Below, piece after piece: positions 39,282-52,499 of a stretch of 64,000 bases of DNA. Each line of letters starts with the position of its first letter. Within the stretch, counting starts at the first letter, position 1. Where the stretch lies: positions 22,196,001-22,260,000 of the forward strand of contig OX597833.1 in the NCBI GenBank assembly GCA_951406725.2, written 5' to 3'. The DNA comes from Octopus vulgaris. Taxonomy: Eukaryota. The position numbers and the translations under genes are program-made. The notes under the pieces were generated by a model. The model made no database searches. It worked only from the letters and a program-made list of their open reading frames with translations, and was not told the DNA's origin.

Positions 39282-40209
39282 TTGGGTCATCCCATAAATA
39301 ATGTGTTTTTTTTATACTTTTTAATTTTTCAAAATTATGATAAACAAAGTTCTTTTTCAATCTAAAATATACTCTTCTTCATTTTCTACCATGCTCTTCC
39401 ATCTATTTGGTAGACTTGCAAGGCCCCTCTTCTAAAATTCATTTGTCCATGACGAAAAATACTCCTCCACTACTGTTCTGACCTTATCTACAGAATTCAT
39501 ATTTTGTTCTGTTCAAATGATTTTGAAGACAGCAGAATAAATGAGAATATATCAGTAGGGGCAATGTCTGGTGAATATGGTGGGTGGAGCATCGTTTTCC
39601 ATTCAAACTGTTCCAGCCTTTGGAATGTCATCCTCGCTGTATGTCACTGAGCATTATCCTGCTGGAAGAACACTTTTCATCTTGAAACCAAAGATGATCA
39701 TATTTCATCTAGCGCTGACTTGAATGACTGGTTGAATGATTAAATCCAAGCTTCTCTGCTAGTTCTTCAACAGTTGCGATGGAATTTTGTTCCACCAGGT
39801 TTTACAGGACATCTTTATTGAACTCTACAGATCTTCCAGGACAAGGCTCATCTTCTAGGTTGTAGTTTCCAACTCAGAATTTCCGGAACCTCTGTTGACA
39901 CTGGCTTCTACTCATTGTCCAATCCCCATATACTTCATTAATACTCCTTGCACTTTCTGTTGTGCTGTTGCCTTTATTGAACTCATAAAGCAAAATATAC
40001 TGAATATGCTCCTTTGTCACTTCCATTATAGCTGTGAAAAAATAACTGTTAAAATCGAACTGCACTCTTCAAAACTTGCACTAAGTATAAGTACAAGGTA
40101 AAATTACTGCCTGCTTTTATAGCAAGTTGATGCAGGTAGTTTATCCCGTCTCCCTCCAACTTATAGTTCATGCAACTGGAAAAACCGCATTACTCATGGG
40201 ATGACCCAA
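39282..40209 (-). mobile_element. Mariner subfamily 2, both TIRs, internally deleted (928 bp)
   Basis: TA|TTGGGTCATCCCATAAATAATG ... CATTACTCATGGGATGACCCAA|TA. Minus strand reads MEVTKEHIQYILLYEFNKG and HPPYSPDIA. Confidence 0.93.
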
Positions 40210-41726
40210 TATATATAGATAGATGATAAGTAGCTTCCTTTATTAAAGTACAGATGTGACTAATTCAGAGAACCATTATTTTCATTATTGACACATCGTC
40301 ACTCTCGTAATACAACACTTCATAATTTTGGTTTAAATTGAAAGTGTGAAACTATTTTCACTTTCTAATAAAACTTGGTTGTTGTAGAGCAGTGTCTTTC
40401 AAATAACTAAAGCTGGTTGGTGAGATAACATAGAAAATATAGAAATGAAAATAAAGTTTATTTGGTAACCGAAAGATTACTGAATCTTTTGATACCCCAT
40501 ATGTCAAAATTGGTAACTCAGTTCTTTGATGCCAGCACACAATTGGTGCTTATTTCATTGACCTGGAAAGGATGAAAGGCAAAGTTGACCTCAGTGGAAT
40601 TTGAACTCAGGATATAAAGACAGATAAAATGCCACTAAGAATTTTGCCCAGCATGGTAATGATTCTACCAGCTCACCACCTTTATAAGCTAATGTTATAT
40701 TAAGTTAATGTTAACATATTCTATGTAGTGGGTATTAAAAAGATCATATTAACTTAATGAGTACTATATTTGATGGTATAAAAGGCATGCAAGCATATTA
40801 GATGTACCCCAATTTCAGCAGCACACATTCAAATAAAAATGTTTTTAGTGCATTAAAGCTTATAGGAGGACCAACTTCTGAAATAGGAACTGGGGTGATT
40901 TTCTGAGATATTTTTATGGAAAAAAAAAAAATGCATTTTATATGTTAAACTGTATGGGAGACAACTCTGATTCTGGACCTGTTCCCATTTTATTAAACCT
41001 CCTCAGGAAAGCATTGACTTTAAGGAAGTGATGAAGTAATGATGATAGAATCACCAAGAAGGTGAACACTGAGATAGGTGTCTTCTAGCATAGTCATAGG
41101 TCACCCTACACCATTTGTTGTGAATGAAAATTGAGAGACAGAAACTGTATGGAAGACTCTCAGATGGACTATGCCTGTAACTGAAATGTCATCATGCACA
41201 GAGTTACACTGATTCTACACCAGAATGAGGTCACTGGGAGCAGCTGTTTGGACACACGCAATTTGGCATGGCTCATTTGACAATAGTATTTTTAGCATGC
41301 GAGGTAAACGCACTTACAAATATGCAGAAACACACACACACAGATGTTATAATTTATTAATTAAACACGATTGTCAAAAATAGTTTCCCTCATACACATA
41401 AAGGAGAATATGGTCACAGGCATAAACGGAAAGGCTGGGGTGGGGGTGAGGAATGAGAAAAACATTAGAGAGTCATTAAAAAGTCAAATAAATCAGTGCA
41501 CCAAAACAGCTGTACCAAAATGTCACTCATACCCTCCTGTACTGAGGAATTTAGTTTCATGATCTTGGAGATGAGGTGAGACACAACAACTAAATGAAAA
41601 CAAATAAATATGAGTTAATAAGGGGGATTATAAGCAGCCACTAGACCTGAGCCGAAAGTAGTAGCCAAAATCACGCCCTGTTTTCTTGGACAAAGATGAT
41701 TTAATCTTCAGTATAATACAAGTATG

Positions 41727-41940
41727 AAGGTGGCAAGCAGGCAGAATCGTTAGCACACCAGGCAAAAAGCTTAGTGGATTTTCGTCTATCTTTACATTCG
41801 GAGTTCAAATTCCACTGAGGTCAACTTTGCCTTTCATTCTTTTTGGGTCAATTAAAAAGGACCAGTTGAACACTGGGGTTGATGTAATCAACTTTCCCCC
41901 TCCCCCGAAATTGCTGGCTTTGTGCCAAAATCTGAAACCA
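41727..41940 (+). mobile_element. SINE family B (alternative 3' end ...GTGCCAAAATCTGAAACC)
   Basis: Head and core as in family B, with a different tail from 5247-5452. Confidence 0.8.
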
Positions 41941-43502
41941 GTATAATACACATATGTTTCCAAATCCATCTTCTCTGCTAAAATAAAGGTTAGCCTTGAG
42001 AATCACTCAACAACCTTATTAACATATTCATTGAGGGTTTCCTGAATGAGTCAGTGTTTTACAGCCAGATACCCTTGCTGCTATTAACCTTTTTTAGTTA
42101 CCTTCTATGACAAGAAGGGATATGGTGTACATATTCTAAAACAGGGATACACAACGTAAAGTCTTCACTGTGTAGTTAAGAAGTTTGCTTTGCAACATTG
42201 ATTCGGGTTCAATCCCACTGCGCAACACCTGGACAAGTGTCTTCTATAACTCCAGGCTGACCAATGCCATGTGAGTGAATATGGCAAATGTAAACTATGT
42301 GGAAGCCTATCATCAATATGTGTATGTGTGTGTGGGGGTTGTTTATGAAACTTAAGCCCTATTGCTTCCCAATCAGTGTTGGTTTGTTTACTTCCTCTGA
42401 ACTTTGCAGTTCATCAAAGCAGACCAATAGAATACATGTCAGGTTTTAAATAAACATAAATACTGGATCAATTTGTTTACCTAAAACCTTTCAGAGCATT
42501 GCTCCAGCATGGCTGCAGTCCAATGACTGAGACAAGTAAAAGACAAAACATAAAAGACACTGTCTCTGAAAAATAACATGATCACAGCTGGAATTCTTTG
42601 ACCACATGTCTTTTGGATCAGAATTAGCTTGCAGTTTCAAATTTTGGCACAATGCTAATAATTTTCAGCGGAGGGCATAAGTCAATTACATCGACCCCAG
42701 TATTCAACTGGTACTTATTTTATCAACCCAGAAACAATGAAAGGCAAAGTTGATTTCAGTGGAATTTGAACTCAGAATGTAAAAACAGACGAAATGTCGC
42801 TAAGCATTATACCCGGTGTGTTAATGATTCTGCCAGCTCACAGCCTTTGGGTCTAAATAATATTCATTTCAAATTGTGGCACAAGGCCAGCAATTTAGGG
42901 GCAAGGGTAAGTCAATTACATCAACTCCACAACTCAACTGGAAATTATTTTATCAACGCTGAATGAAAGAATGAAAGGCAAAGCTGACTTTAGTGGAATT
43001 TGAACTCGGAACATAGACAGCTGAAATGTCACTAAGAATTCTGCCAGCTTGCCGCCTTTGGGTCTAAATGATATTGGCAACAAAAAATAGCAACAATGAA
43101 AAGAAGCTATAGTTAGAGCACCTCCTTTTTCTTCTTTTTCTTCCTTCTTCCTCCTGTCTCCAAAGAATATCTTCTAACCACAAAGTAGCTGTTCCATACC
43201 CTCCCTCCCTCCCTTCTCTTCTTTCTCTCTTCCCCTCTCTCTCTCTCTCTCTCTACCTTCCAGTAACAATGATTAAAAGACATCTTGTATGATACTAATC
43301 TGATCCCACAGATCCTTCATCAAGATAGCAAGTGAAAGAGAGCAAAAGAGAGACAGACAGACAGAGAGAGACAGACAGAGAGACAGACAGACAGACATAC
43401 AGAGACAGAGGTGAGTGGGGGCTGGTAGCTATTGTAAACCAGTTGCTATTGTAATCTGCAGCAGCTCAAACAGATGAACAGACATGTGTATACGAGGTGT
43501 AT

Positions 43503-43621
<119 letters not shown>

Positions 43622-43903
43622 CTTTTGAGCATAAGGACACATGTGTATGCATGTGTTCTTGTTTGCATAGGTATATGTTAATGTGAAATACATTGTATTT
43701 ATTTTAGTCATTAGATTGTGGCCATGCTGGAGCACTGCCTCAAAGAAGTGTCTTTTAGTTGAATGAATCAACCGCAGTACGTTTTTTTTTAATAAGCTTG
43801 GTAATTATTCTACCATTCCCTTTTGCCAAACCACTAAGTTATGGGAACTTAAACACACCAACACCAGTTGTCAAGCAGTGGTCACACACACAAGCATGCA
43901 CAT

Positions 43904-43934
<31 letters not shown>

Positions 43935-43938
43935 CACA

Positions 43939-43987
<49 letters not shown>

Positions 43988-44001
43988 GATAGTCTTCCTT
44001 C

Positions 44002-44640
44002 AGTTTCTTATTTCTTTACTGCCCACAAGGGGCTACACACAGAGGGGACAAACAAGGACAGACAAACAGATTAAGTCGATTATATCGACCCTGGTGCATA
44101 ACTGGTACTTAATTTATCGACCCCAAAAGGATGAAAGGCGAAGTCGACCTCGACGAAAAATTTGAACTCAGAACGTAACGACAGACGAAATACCACTAAG
44201 CATTTCGCCCGACGTGCTAATGTTTCTTATTTCTTTATTGCCCACAAGGGGCTAAACATAGAGAGGACAAACAAGGACAGACAAAGGGATTAAGTCGATT
44301 ACATCGACTGCAGTGCGTAACTGGTACTTAATTTATCGACCCCGAAAGGATGAAAGGCAAATTCAACCTCGACGGAATTTGAACTCAGAACATAGCAGCA
44401 GATGAAATACCTATTTCTTTACTACCCATAAGGGGCTTAATACAGAAGGGATAAACAAGGACAGACAAAGGGATTAAGTTGATTACATGGACCCCAGTGC
44501 ATAACTGGTACTTAATTTATCAACCCCAAAAGGATGAAAGGCAAAGTCAACTTCAGTGGAATTTGAACTCAAAACGTAGCGGCAGACGAAATACCACTAA
44601 GCATTTCGCCCGGCATTCTAATGTTTCTGCCAACTCGTCT
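44002..44640 (-). mobile_element. Three head-to-tail SINE family B copies nested in a SINE A (43690-44793)
   Basis: Tail TATTTCTTTA(C/T)T(G/A)CCCA(C/T)AAGGGGCT at ~44009, 44228 and 44412. TTCAGTTTCT is duplicated at both outer junctions. Confidence 0.88.
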
Positions 44641-45308
44641 TCTTTCAGTTTCTGTCTACCAAATTCACTCACAAGGTTTTGGTTGGCTTGAGGCTATAGT
44701 AGAAGACATATGCCCAAGAAACCACATAGTGGGACTGAACCCACAACCATGTGGTTGGGAAGCAAACTTCTTACCACACAGCCACTCCTGCACCCACATG
44801 CTTGTATAGAATATTTAACAGCATGTATAACATACATTAGTGTGTGCGCGCGTGTGTCTTTGTCAATGTGTGTTCCATTGTCAGTATGTGTGTGTGTGTG
44901 TGTGTGTGTGCACATGTGTATGTTTGTGTCAGTATGTGTACTTTGTTACTGATCTGTGTGTATGTATCAATTAGTACATTTGAGTGAGATAATTCATTTT
45001 GGCTGTGTTGGCTTTATCTTGCTGTACCTTTTCTTGTATCAGCCTTCTTCTAGTAACTTAGACCTTCCAGTCACAATGTGGTTAAGGGTACAAAGAGTTG
45101 CTCTACACTACTTGCATGAAAGGGTCTTCTTCTTTGCCCCATATTAAGTTTATTTGGGGTTGGCAAAAGGTCACCAATGGAACTAATTACTTGATTATAG
45201 AATTAAATATTACCCTCCAGTATTTGAGGGCTGCTAAAAATACTGGAATTAATATAATCAACGATACAGATTTCTCTCACTTGAGGCCTTGGGTTAAATA
45301 AGACACCA

Positions 45309-45473
45309 ATAGGCACAGGCATGGGTGTGTGTTAAGAAGCTTGCTTCCCAACCATATGTTCCAGGTTCAGTCCCACTGCGTGGCACCTAGGGCAAGTATC
45401 TTCTACTATAGCCTCAGGCTGACCAAAGCCTTTTGAATGGATTTGGTTGACAGAAACTGAAAGAAGCCCATTG

Positions 45474-45528
<55 letters not shown>

Positions 45529-45790
45529 ATATATATGTGTGTATGTGCATATATGTGTATATATGGGTGTGTATCTTTGTGTCTGTTTGTCCCCCTCCCT
45601 ACCACTTCACAACTGGTGCAGGTGTGTTTACTGCACCTGTAACTTAGCGGTTCGGCAAAAGAGATAGATAGAATAGGTACCAGGATTGAGAAAAAAAGTA
45701 AGTAATGGGGTTAATTCATTCAACTAAAAAAAATCTTTCAGGTTGGTGCTCCAGCATGGCTGCAATCTAATGACTGAAACAAGTGAAAGA
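45309..45790 (+). mobile_element. SINE family A, full length
   Basis: Head, CORE-like segment, internal microsatellite and tail. Confidence 0.85.
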
Positions 45791-47082
45791 TAGACAAATA
45801 ACAGAATGAGAGATATATAGAAACCATAGAAGGCGGCGGCTGTGGCGGTGGTGGTTCACTTCCTGGTCTATTGTCAAAGACGTTCCATCCATGACTAGTC
45901 TGTCTTTTCCTGACATACAGTATCAATGACTGCATTATCAAATGTGTCTTTTTTTCTTGTTCTACTTTTGTTTTGTTTTTTTCCTTTCTAGTAGTGTCTG
46001 TACTTTAAGGTAGATTTGGCTGCTATTTTTAGTAGGTCGAGTGAATGCAGTGAAAGTTGCTCATTGGATCATATAAATAAACACGCATACACACATTCAA
46101 CGATCACTCATTAATGATTAATGTATGCATTCACACAGATTTAAAACAACATAATTATGAAATATCATATATATATATATGTATGTATGTATGAATGAGA
46201 CTTTGTTCGTTACTATATATATCTCATCTCGTGTAAACAGCTATCTATAAAATATGGAAATGAATGTTTTTGTGTGTGTTTTTTGCTTGCAATGTTTCCA
46301 TAGCAATGCAGCCTTATGAACGTTTTAAATACAACATTGAGATGAAAACATCTCAACACAATCCAACAAGTGAGTTTCTATATAGTCTCACAACCTGTTG
46401 GAAATAACAGCCAAATCCTTTCATATCAAACACAACTGTCTTAAAAAGAAAAAAGGAAGGGCAGAATACATTATATAATGTAGTCCTAGATACACTTTGC
46501 TTGAGAGAAAAAAAAATAGAATAGCTACAGCTAGAATATAGTTGAACAGAGCTAGCTTGAAGCTAAATAACATTTTAATAGCCAGAAAGGTGGAGGTTCA
46601 TGGCTTAGTGGTTAGGGTGTTGGACTCATGATTGTAAGATTGTGGCTTCAGTTCCTAGACCAGGGGATGTGTTGTGTTCTAGAGCAAAACACTTCATTCC
46701 ACATTGCTCCTAAGTAAAGGCTTAGTGGTTAAATCCCACTGTGTGTCACTTTGGGGACTACTATCCTCTACTAAAGCCACAGACTGACCAACTTGGATTT
46801 GGCAGATGGAAACTGAGAGAAGCTCTTTGTGTGTGTGTATGTGTGTGTGTGTGTATGTGTGTGTGTGTGACTGTCTCCTTGCCTTGACTGCTTGATAATT
46901 GTAAACAAGTGTCGCCATCATGCAAGCAGTGTTCTTTGCTTCCAATCTTCCCTGGTCATGGGAAAATATTATCTTACCTAAAATCAGGTGAGGGTTGGCA
47001 ACAGGAAGAGCACCCAGTTACAGAAAAATCCACCTCAACAAATTCCATCCTACCTATGCAAGAATGGGAAAGTAGATGTTAA

Positions 47083-47116
<34 letters not shown>

Positions 47117-48124
47117 GGTGGTGATGATGATGATGACAACAATGATGAAGACTATATAATTTTTTTGAACTGTGAAGATATTTTAAATATCTTTATCCTT
47201 ATCTTCCACTTGTTTCAGTCATTAGACTCTGGCCATACAGGGGCACCGCCTTGAATTTTTAGTCAAATGAATTGTTCCCAGTATGTAGTTTTTTAAACCT
47301 CATATTTAAAAGGCGGCGAGCTGGCTGAATTATTAGCACATCAGGCAAAATGCATGCTGGCATTTCATCCATCTTTACGTTCTGTGTTCAAATTCTGCTG
47401 AGGTCGACTTTGTCTTTCATCCTTTCAGGATCAATAAAATAAATATCAGCGGAGGCACTTGGGTTGATGGAATCGACATACATCCACCCCTGAAATTTCT
47501 GGCCTTGTGCCGAAAATTCAATCTTCCATTGACTTGATAACTTTGAATTGGCAAGGCAGCTTCTACATGGTTGTTCAATCTGCTTGAAGTAGCAACCAAA
47601 TCCCAATCTACTGTCTTAAAGAAAGAACACATTGGACAAATATATATAAGATGAACATCATCACCATTTTCATGTCCACTTTTACATGCTTTCATCAGTT
47701 GGACAAAATTGGTGGAGGTGGATTTTCTACAGCTAGATCCTCTTCCTGTAGCCAACCCTCACCTGGTTCTAAGCAAGGTAATATTTCCCATGACCTGACA
47801 TATTTTCCACAGAAGACTAGAAATGAACAACCTCACTTGTATGACAGTGATACTCATTTACAATCACCAAGTGATGTCAAGGCAACAGTACACATACACA
47901 CGTGATGGGCTTCTTTCAGTTTCCATGTACCAAATCCACTCACAAAGCGTTGGTCAGCCCAGAGCTATAGTAAAAGACTCATGCCTAAAGTGTCACACAG
48001 TGGGACTCAACCCAAGACCACATAGTTGAGAAGCAAGTTTCTTAACCACACAGTCACAACCACACCTGCATATAGGTGTTCCATTAGATATGTTGTTTGA
48101 ACCTGCTGTATCTTGGTTAGCAGG

Positions 48125-48487
48125 ACATCCTCTTCTTTATGCATGCACCCCCGTGGACATGTTTATAAAATCAGAAAACAGCACAGCTCCCAGGACTTTT
48201 GGAAACATTTTTCCACGCTAAGAGTTACTGAAGTATGGAACAAATTGCCGGCATCAGTTGTTAGTTGTCAGAGCATTGCATCCTTCAAAACTTCCATGCT
48301 TCCTGAGATTCGCCAACACTACTACACCTGATTTTCTCCCCTCCATACACCCACAACCATGTATCTGACTCATACACTGTTCACTTTCCAGACATTTGTA
48401 CATTACTGCATATGCTTTATACACACTTTTGACAAGCTGTGGTGCACCTGAGCACTGTATACAATAATTTCATTATTATTATATTAT
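48125..48487 (+). mobile_element. CR1/L2-type LINE 3' end
   Basis: RGHVYKIRKQ...KHFSTLRVTEVWNKLPASVVSCQSIASFK, the canonical CR1 C-terminus, then 3' UTR and (ATT)n tail. Confidence 0.85.
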
Positions 48488-48774
48488 AAACTGCACTGAT
48501 TGATGCAACACTATTAGATGCCTAAAATCTTGCCCATAATAGACAGTTGCAGGATGAGTTGAAACGATCATCATACTGAATAATGATTAGTGCTGACTCT
48601 ACCTTCTGTTTCCTTCATCAATTATTATTACATATATACATAACAGTATTTGGTCTGTCTTTACATTCTGAGTTCAAAAGTAATATGACACTAAAAGAGA
48701 ATGACTCTCCCCAGACACAATAATATATATATATATATATAATCAAAATAAGCAACAAGGATATCCAGAGGTAA

Positions 48775-48862
48775 GGCAGTATGATCATTTCATGCAACTC
48801 CATTTAATTGAACAATGCAAACATTACATCAATTTAAAATGTAGAACAATCTTCAGTTGCAC
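48775..48862 (-). ncRNA. Degenerate hammerhead ribozyme motif with long stem II (PLE remnant)
   Basis: Sense GTGCAA-CTGAAGA-[TGTTCTACATTTTAAATTGA...TCAATTAAATGGAGTTGCA]-T-GAAA-TGATCA-TA-CTGCC. Confidence 0.55.
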
Positions 48863-49689
48863 AAAGACATAGTACTTAATTAAATTAGAACAGATGGACA
48901 CATTAGTATAATTGTACCTAAAATCTCCAAGAAGTTAAGGACAAAGGACATACCTACAACAACATAGCCCTAACTAAAAATTTTCAAGAAGACACTGCCT
49001 GTCACTGATTTTTTTGTTTTTTTATGGGGTCATTTTTAATTTATAGACTAGTTTATCAAATCCCTTGTATATTTAAGGTTGAGAGAAACAGAGGGAAGTA
49101 TCTGTTTAGGGTAGGGTTGAGGGAGTAGACAGACATTCTAGATGGTATAGTCATAAAAATCAAGATTTATTAGAAACAATGTCATGAGGTTTAGTAAGGG
49201 AAAACTCAAAACAAGATGTTAGCTGATAATTAAGGGGTACCCACAAGCAGACTATTGATAATGCATTTGTAATATTTTGATTTTAATCACCTTATTTTGA
49301 AATTGTATGTATGATACTGTTTTAAATTCTGGTACCTCAACTTAAGTACCATATTCATCTGAATCTATATATATAAGTATATATAAGAGAGAGAATAGTC
49401 ATGCATACAAGAGAGAAGCACACACAAAAATCTATGACTACCCATACACTTGATATAAACTCATGTAGTCGGTTACCATTATTGATATTCGTGTAGGATA
49501 AAAGTAGATTTCCAAACACAGGTTGAAATAAAAATTTTTTTTTTTAATCGTCCAAAACTGAATGAATCAATTACCGGGTTTAATAATAGTAAAAATAATG
49601 TTGTAATAATAGATATTGCGATCAGTGAGATGGGGGGATGGGGGTCATATAGTGGGAGTGAAGTGGATTGGTGGGGAGGCTGAGATAAT

Positions 49690-50870
49690 GAATGCTAACA
49701 GCAGCAGTAGTAGTAGTAGTAGTAGGGGAAATGGTGATTGTGTTGGTGGTGGTGGTGGTGGTAGTAGTGGTGGTGGTGATGGTAGTGGTGACATTAGTAG
49801 TAGTAGTAGTAATGGTGGTGGTGGCAGTAATAGTAATGGTGGTGGTGATAGTAGTACTGGCGGTGGTGGTAGTAGTAATGGTTGTTGGGGTGGCAGTGGG
49901 TGGTGGTGGTGGTGGTGATGATGTTGGTGGTATTGGTAATAACATTGGTGCAGGTTTATAACAGTGAAGTTGTGGTGGTGGTGGTGGTGGTAATGATGGT
50001 GATGTAATGTAAATGGTGGTGCTAGCTTCATAGTGGTGGGGAAGAGGAATCCATGATGGTGGTGGCAGCAGCAGATGTGGTGGTGGTTTGGATGATGATA
50101 ATTCAGAGCAGCAAAGTAGTGGTAACCAATTATGCTGCTGGTGGTGGTGGTGGTGGTGATGGTGGAGGTTGTAGCTAAGAGTAGTGAATTAATGGCAATT
50201 GATAGTGGTGGTGGTGGTGGTGGTTATGGTGGTGATGGTTGTGATAATTGTGGTTGTGGTGGTAGTTATGGTGATGGAGGTTGCAATGGTTGTGGTGGTG
50301 GTGGTGGCTGTTTCGGTGGTGGTGGTGACTGTTGTGGTGGTGATGGTGGTGGCTGTTGTGGTGCTGGTTGTGGTGCTAGTAGTGGTGGTGATGGTGGTGG
50401 TGGTGGTGGTGGTGGTGGCTGTGGTGATGCTGATGGTGGTGGTAGTGGTGGTGGTGGTGGTTGTGGTGGTGGTGGTGGTGGTAGCATTTCTGTTGGTAAC
50501 AGCATTGTTGTTATTGTTCTGGTACTGATGGTGGTAGTAGTAGTGGTGGTGGTGTTGGTAGCAGTGATGGTACCAATGATAGTAGTAGTGATGGTGGTGG
50601 TTATAATGGCAGTGTACAGGCTCCCTTACTAACACGTAAAAGGTTGTAGTTTAAACCCAGGTAAGCCCTGATTGAACATACAGACCTATGATCAAAAGCA
50701 TTCCATCCATGACCAAACAGCTTATTTTTTGTTTTCATTTTTGCTTATATGAAGAACGACAAATATATGATGGTGGTCCAGATGATGACTGTAGTGGTAG
50801 TGGCAGTGGTGGTGGTGGTGGCAGTGGTGATGGTGATAGTAGCAGTGGTAGTGGTGGTGGTGTTTCTTAG
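49690..50870 (+). repeat. Large degenerate (GGT/AGT/GAT)n region
   Basis: Directly visible. Source of the poly-G/V/T/P ORFs. Confidence 0.95.
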
Positions 50871-51404
50871 AACAGTGACACAGCACTAGTATTGGTAGAA
50901 ATGGTGGTGGTGCAGGGGCAGCTGCAGTAACAAGGATGCACTAATGCTAGTTACAGTCATGGTGATACCAATAATAATTCTTCCCAAATTTTTGGCACAA
51001 GGCTAGCAATTTTGAAGGGAGGGGCAAGTCGGTTATATCAACCTTTTCCCTACCACCACCACCACCACCACCACCAGAATTGACTGGTACTTACTTTTTA
51101 TCGACCCCTGAAAGGATGAAAGACAAAGTCAACCTCCACAGATTACTGACAGTTGAGATGGCAACAATAACAGTAGTGGTACTAGCAGAATAAGCAGTGG
51201 TGGACGGTGGTGGTGGTGGTAATTCCACAAAGACAAAAGGCAAAGTTAATCCTGCAAGAATCAAGTTTACCTTTCGTTCCTTCAAGGTCAATATAATAAG
51301 GTATCAGTTAAGTACTAGGGGTTAGTGATATTGACTGATGCCCCAACTCTTGAAAACTGCTGGCCTTGTGCCTAAATTAGAAATAATTATAATTGTCATT
51401 ATTA

Positions 51405-51567
51405 TTCAGTTCTATATTTCAGAGATGAGGAATTATGTATATTCTTTACCTTATTTACATTTGATGGATATTTGTCCTCATCTTGGACTGATATAACCTC
51501 CAGCCTTCATCGGGTGTCTTAGAGAAATTTCGAACCTGGGTTTTCATTCCTAAGGTATTTTTCGATG

Positions 51568-51612
<45 letters not shown>

Positions 51613-51892
51613 TTTTATTATTATTATTAGTATTCAGGTCACTGCCTGGAATCGAACTTGGAATCTTGGGGTTAGTAGCCCACGCTCTTAACCACTATGC
51701 CATATGTCCAGGCATATGGCGCAGTGGCTAAGAGCGCAAACATCAAAAAATACCTTCGGAATGAGAACCCAGGTTCGAAATTTTCCCAAGACACCTGATG
51801 ACGGCTGGAGGTTATATCAGCTGAAACGTTGTGTTAACAACAAACAAGATGAGGACAAATATCCGTCAAATGTAAATAATGTAAATAATGTA
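51405..51892. mobile_element. Head-to-head inverted pair of family D elements
   Basis: Minus copy 51405-51708 (full tRNA head, HHR 3' half deleted) and plus copy 51711-51892 (head internally deleted, HHR intact). Junction GCCATATGTCCAGGCATATGGC. Confidence 0.85.
51790..51835 (+). ncRNA. Minimal type I hammerhead ribozyme motif
   Basis: GACAC-CTGATGA-C-GGCTG(GAGGTTATAT)CAGCT-GAAA-CGTT-GTGTT: stems I and II, intact core, palindromic ACGT in place of stem III. Confidence 0.75.
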
Positions 51893-52145
51893 TCATTATT
51901 ATTATTATTATTATCATCATTATTTTAAGGCAGAATTGTTAGCATGCCAAGTGAAATGCTTAGCAGTATTTCATCTGCTGCTACATTCTGGGTTCAAATT
52001 CAACCGAGATCGACTTTGCCTTTCATCCTTCTGGGGTCGATAAGTTAAGCACCAGTGAAATACTGGGGTCGATGTAATTTCAGACCTTGTACCTGTAGTA
52101 GAGTAGAAATGATTATCATTATTATTATTAGTAGTAGTAGTCAAA

Positions 52146-52398
52146 ACGAAGTGCGCGATTCGATTGTAAGATATTTTATTGGTTCAACGATATTTCAACA
52201 GTACGTGTCTTTGTCAAGTTCAAAATAAGAAGTGATAGAAATTCAAAATTACAGAAATTTAAACGTTTAAATTTATGTTTAAATTTATGTAATTTTGAAT
52301 TTTTATCACTTCTTATTCTGAATTTGACAAAGACAGACGTACTGTTGAAATATCGTTCAACTAATAAAATATCTTACAATCGAATTGCGCTCTTCGTC
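52146..52398. mobile_element. Palindromic PLE-like remnant (~120-bp arms), each arm carrying a U3-A8 hammerhead motif
   Basis: The arms are reverse complements around ~52265. HHR at 52318-52360 (+) and 52183-52223 (-). Confidence 0.8.
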
Positions 52399-52465
52399 TT
52401 CACTGTTTACCTTTGTGAAGAGTTACGTCAATTCTTTTTTAAAATATTATTATTATTACTATTAC

Positions 52466-52499
<34 letters not shown>

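Noticed and set aside
49616-50635. Gly/Cys-rich and poly-Val/Thr ORFs resembling structural proteins
   Set aside because: Open in several frames on both strands, a direct consequence of the (GGT)n microsatellite, with no splice or codon evidence.
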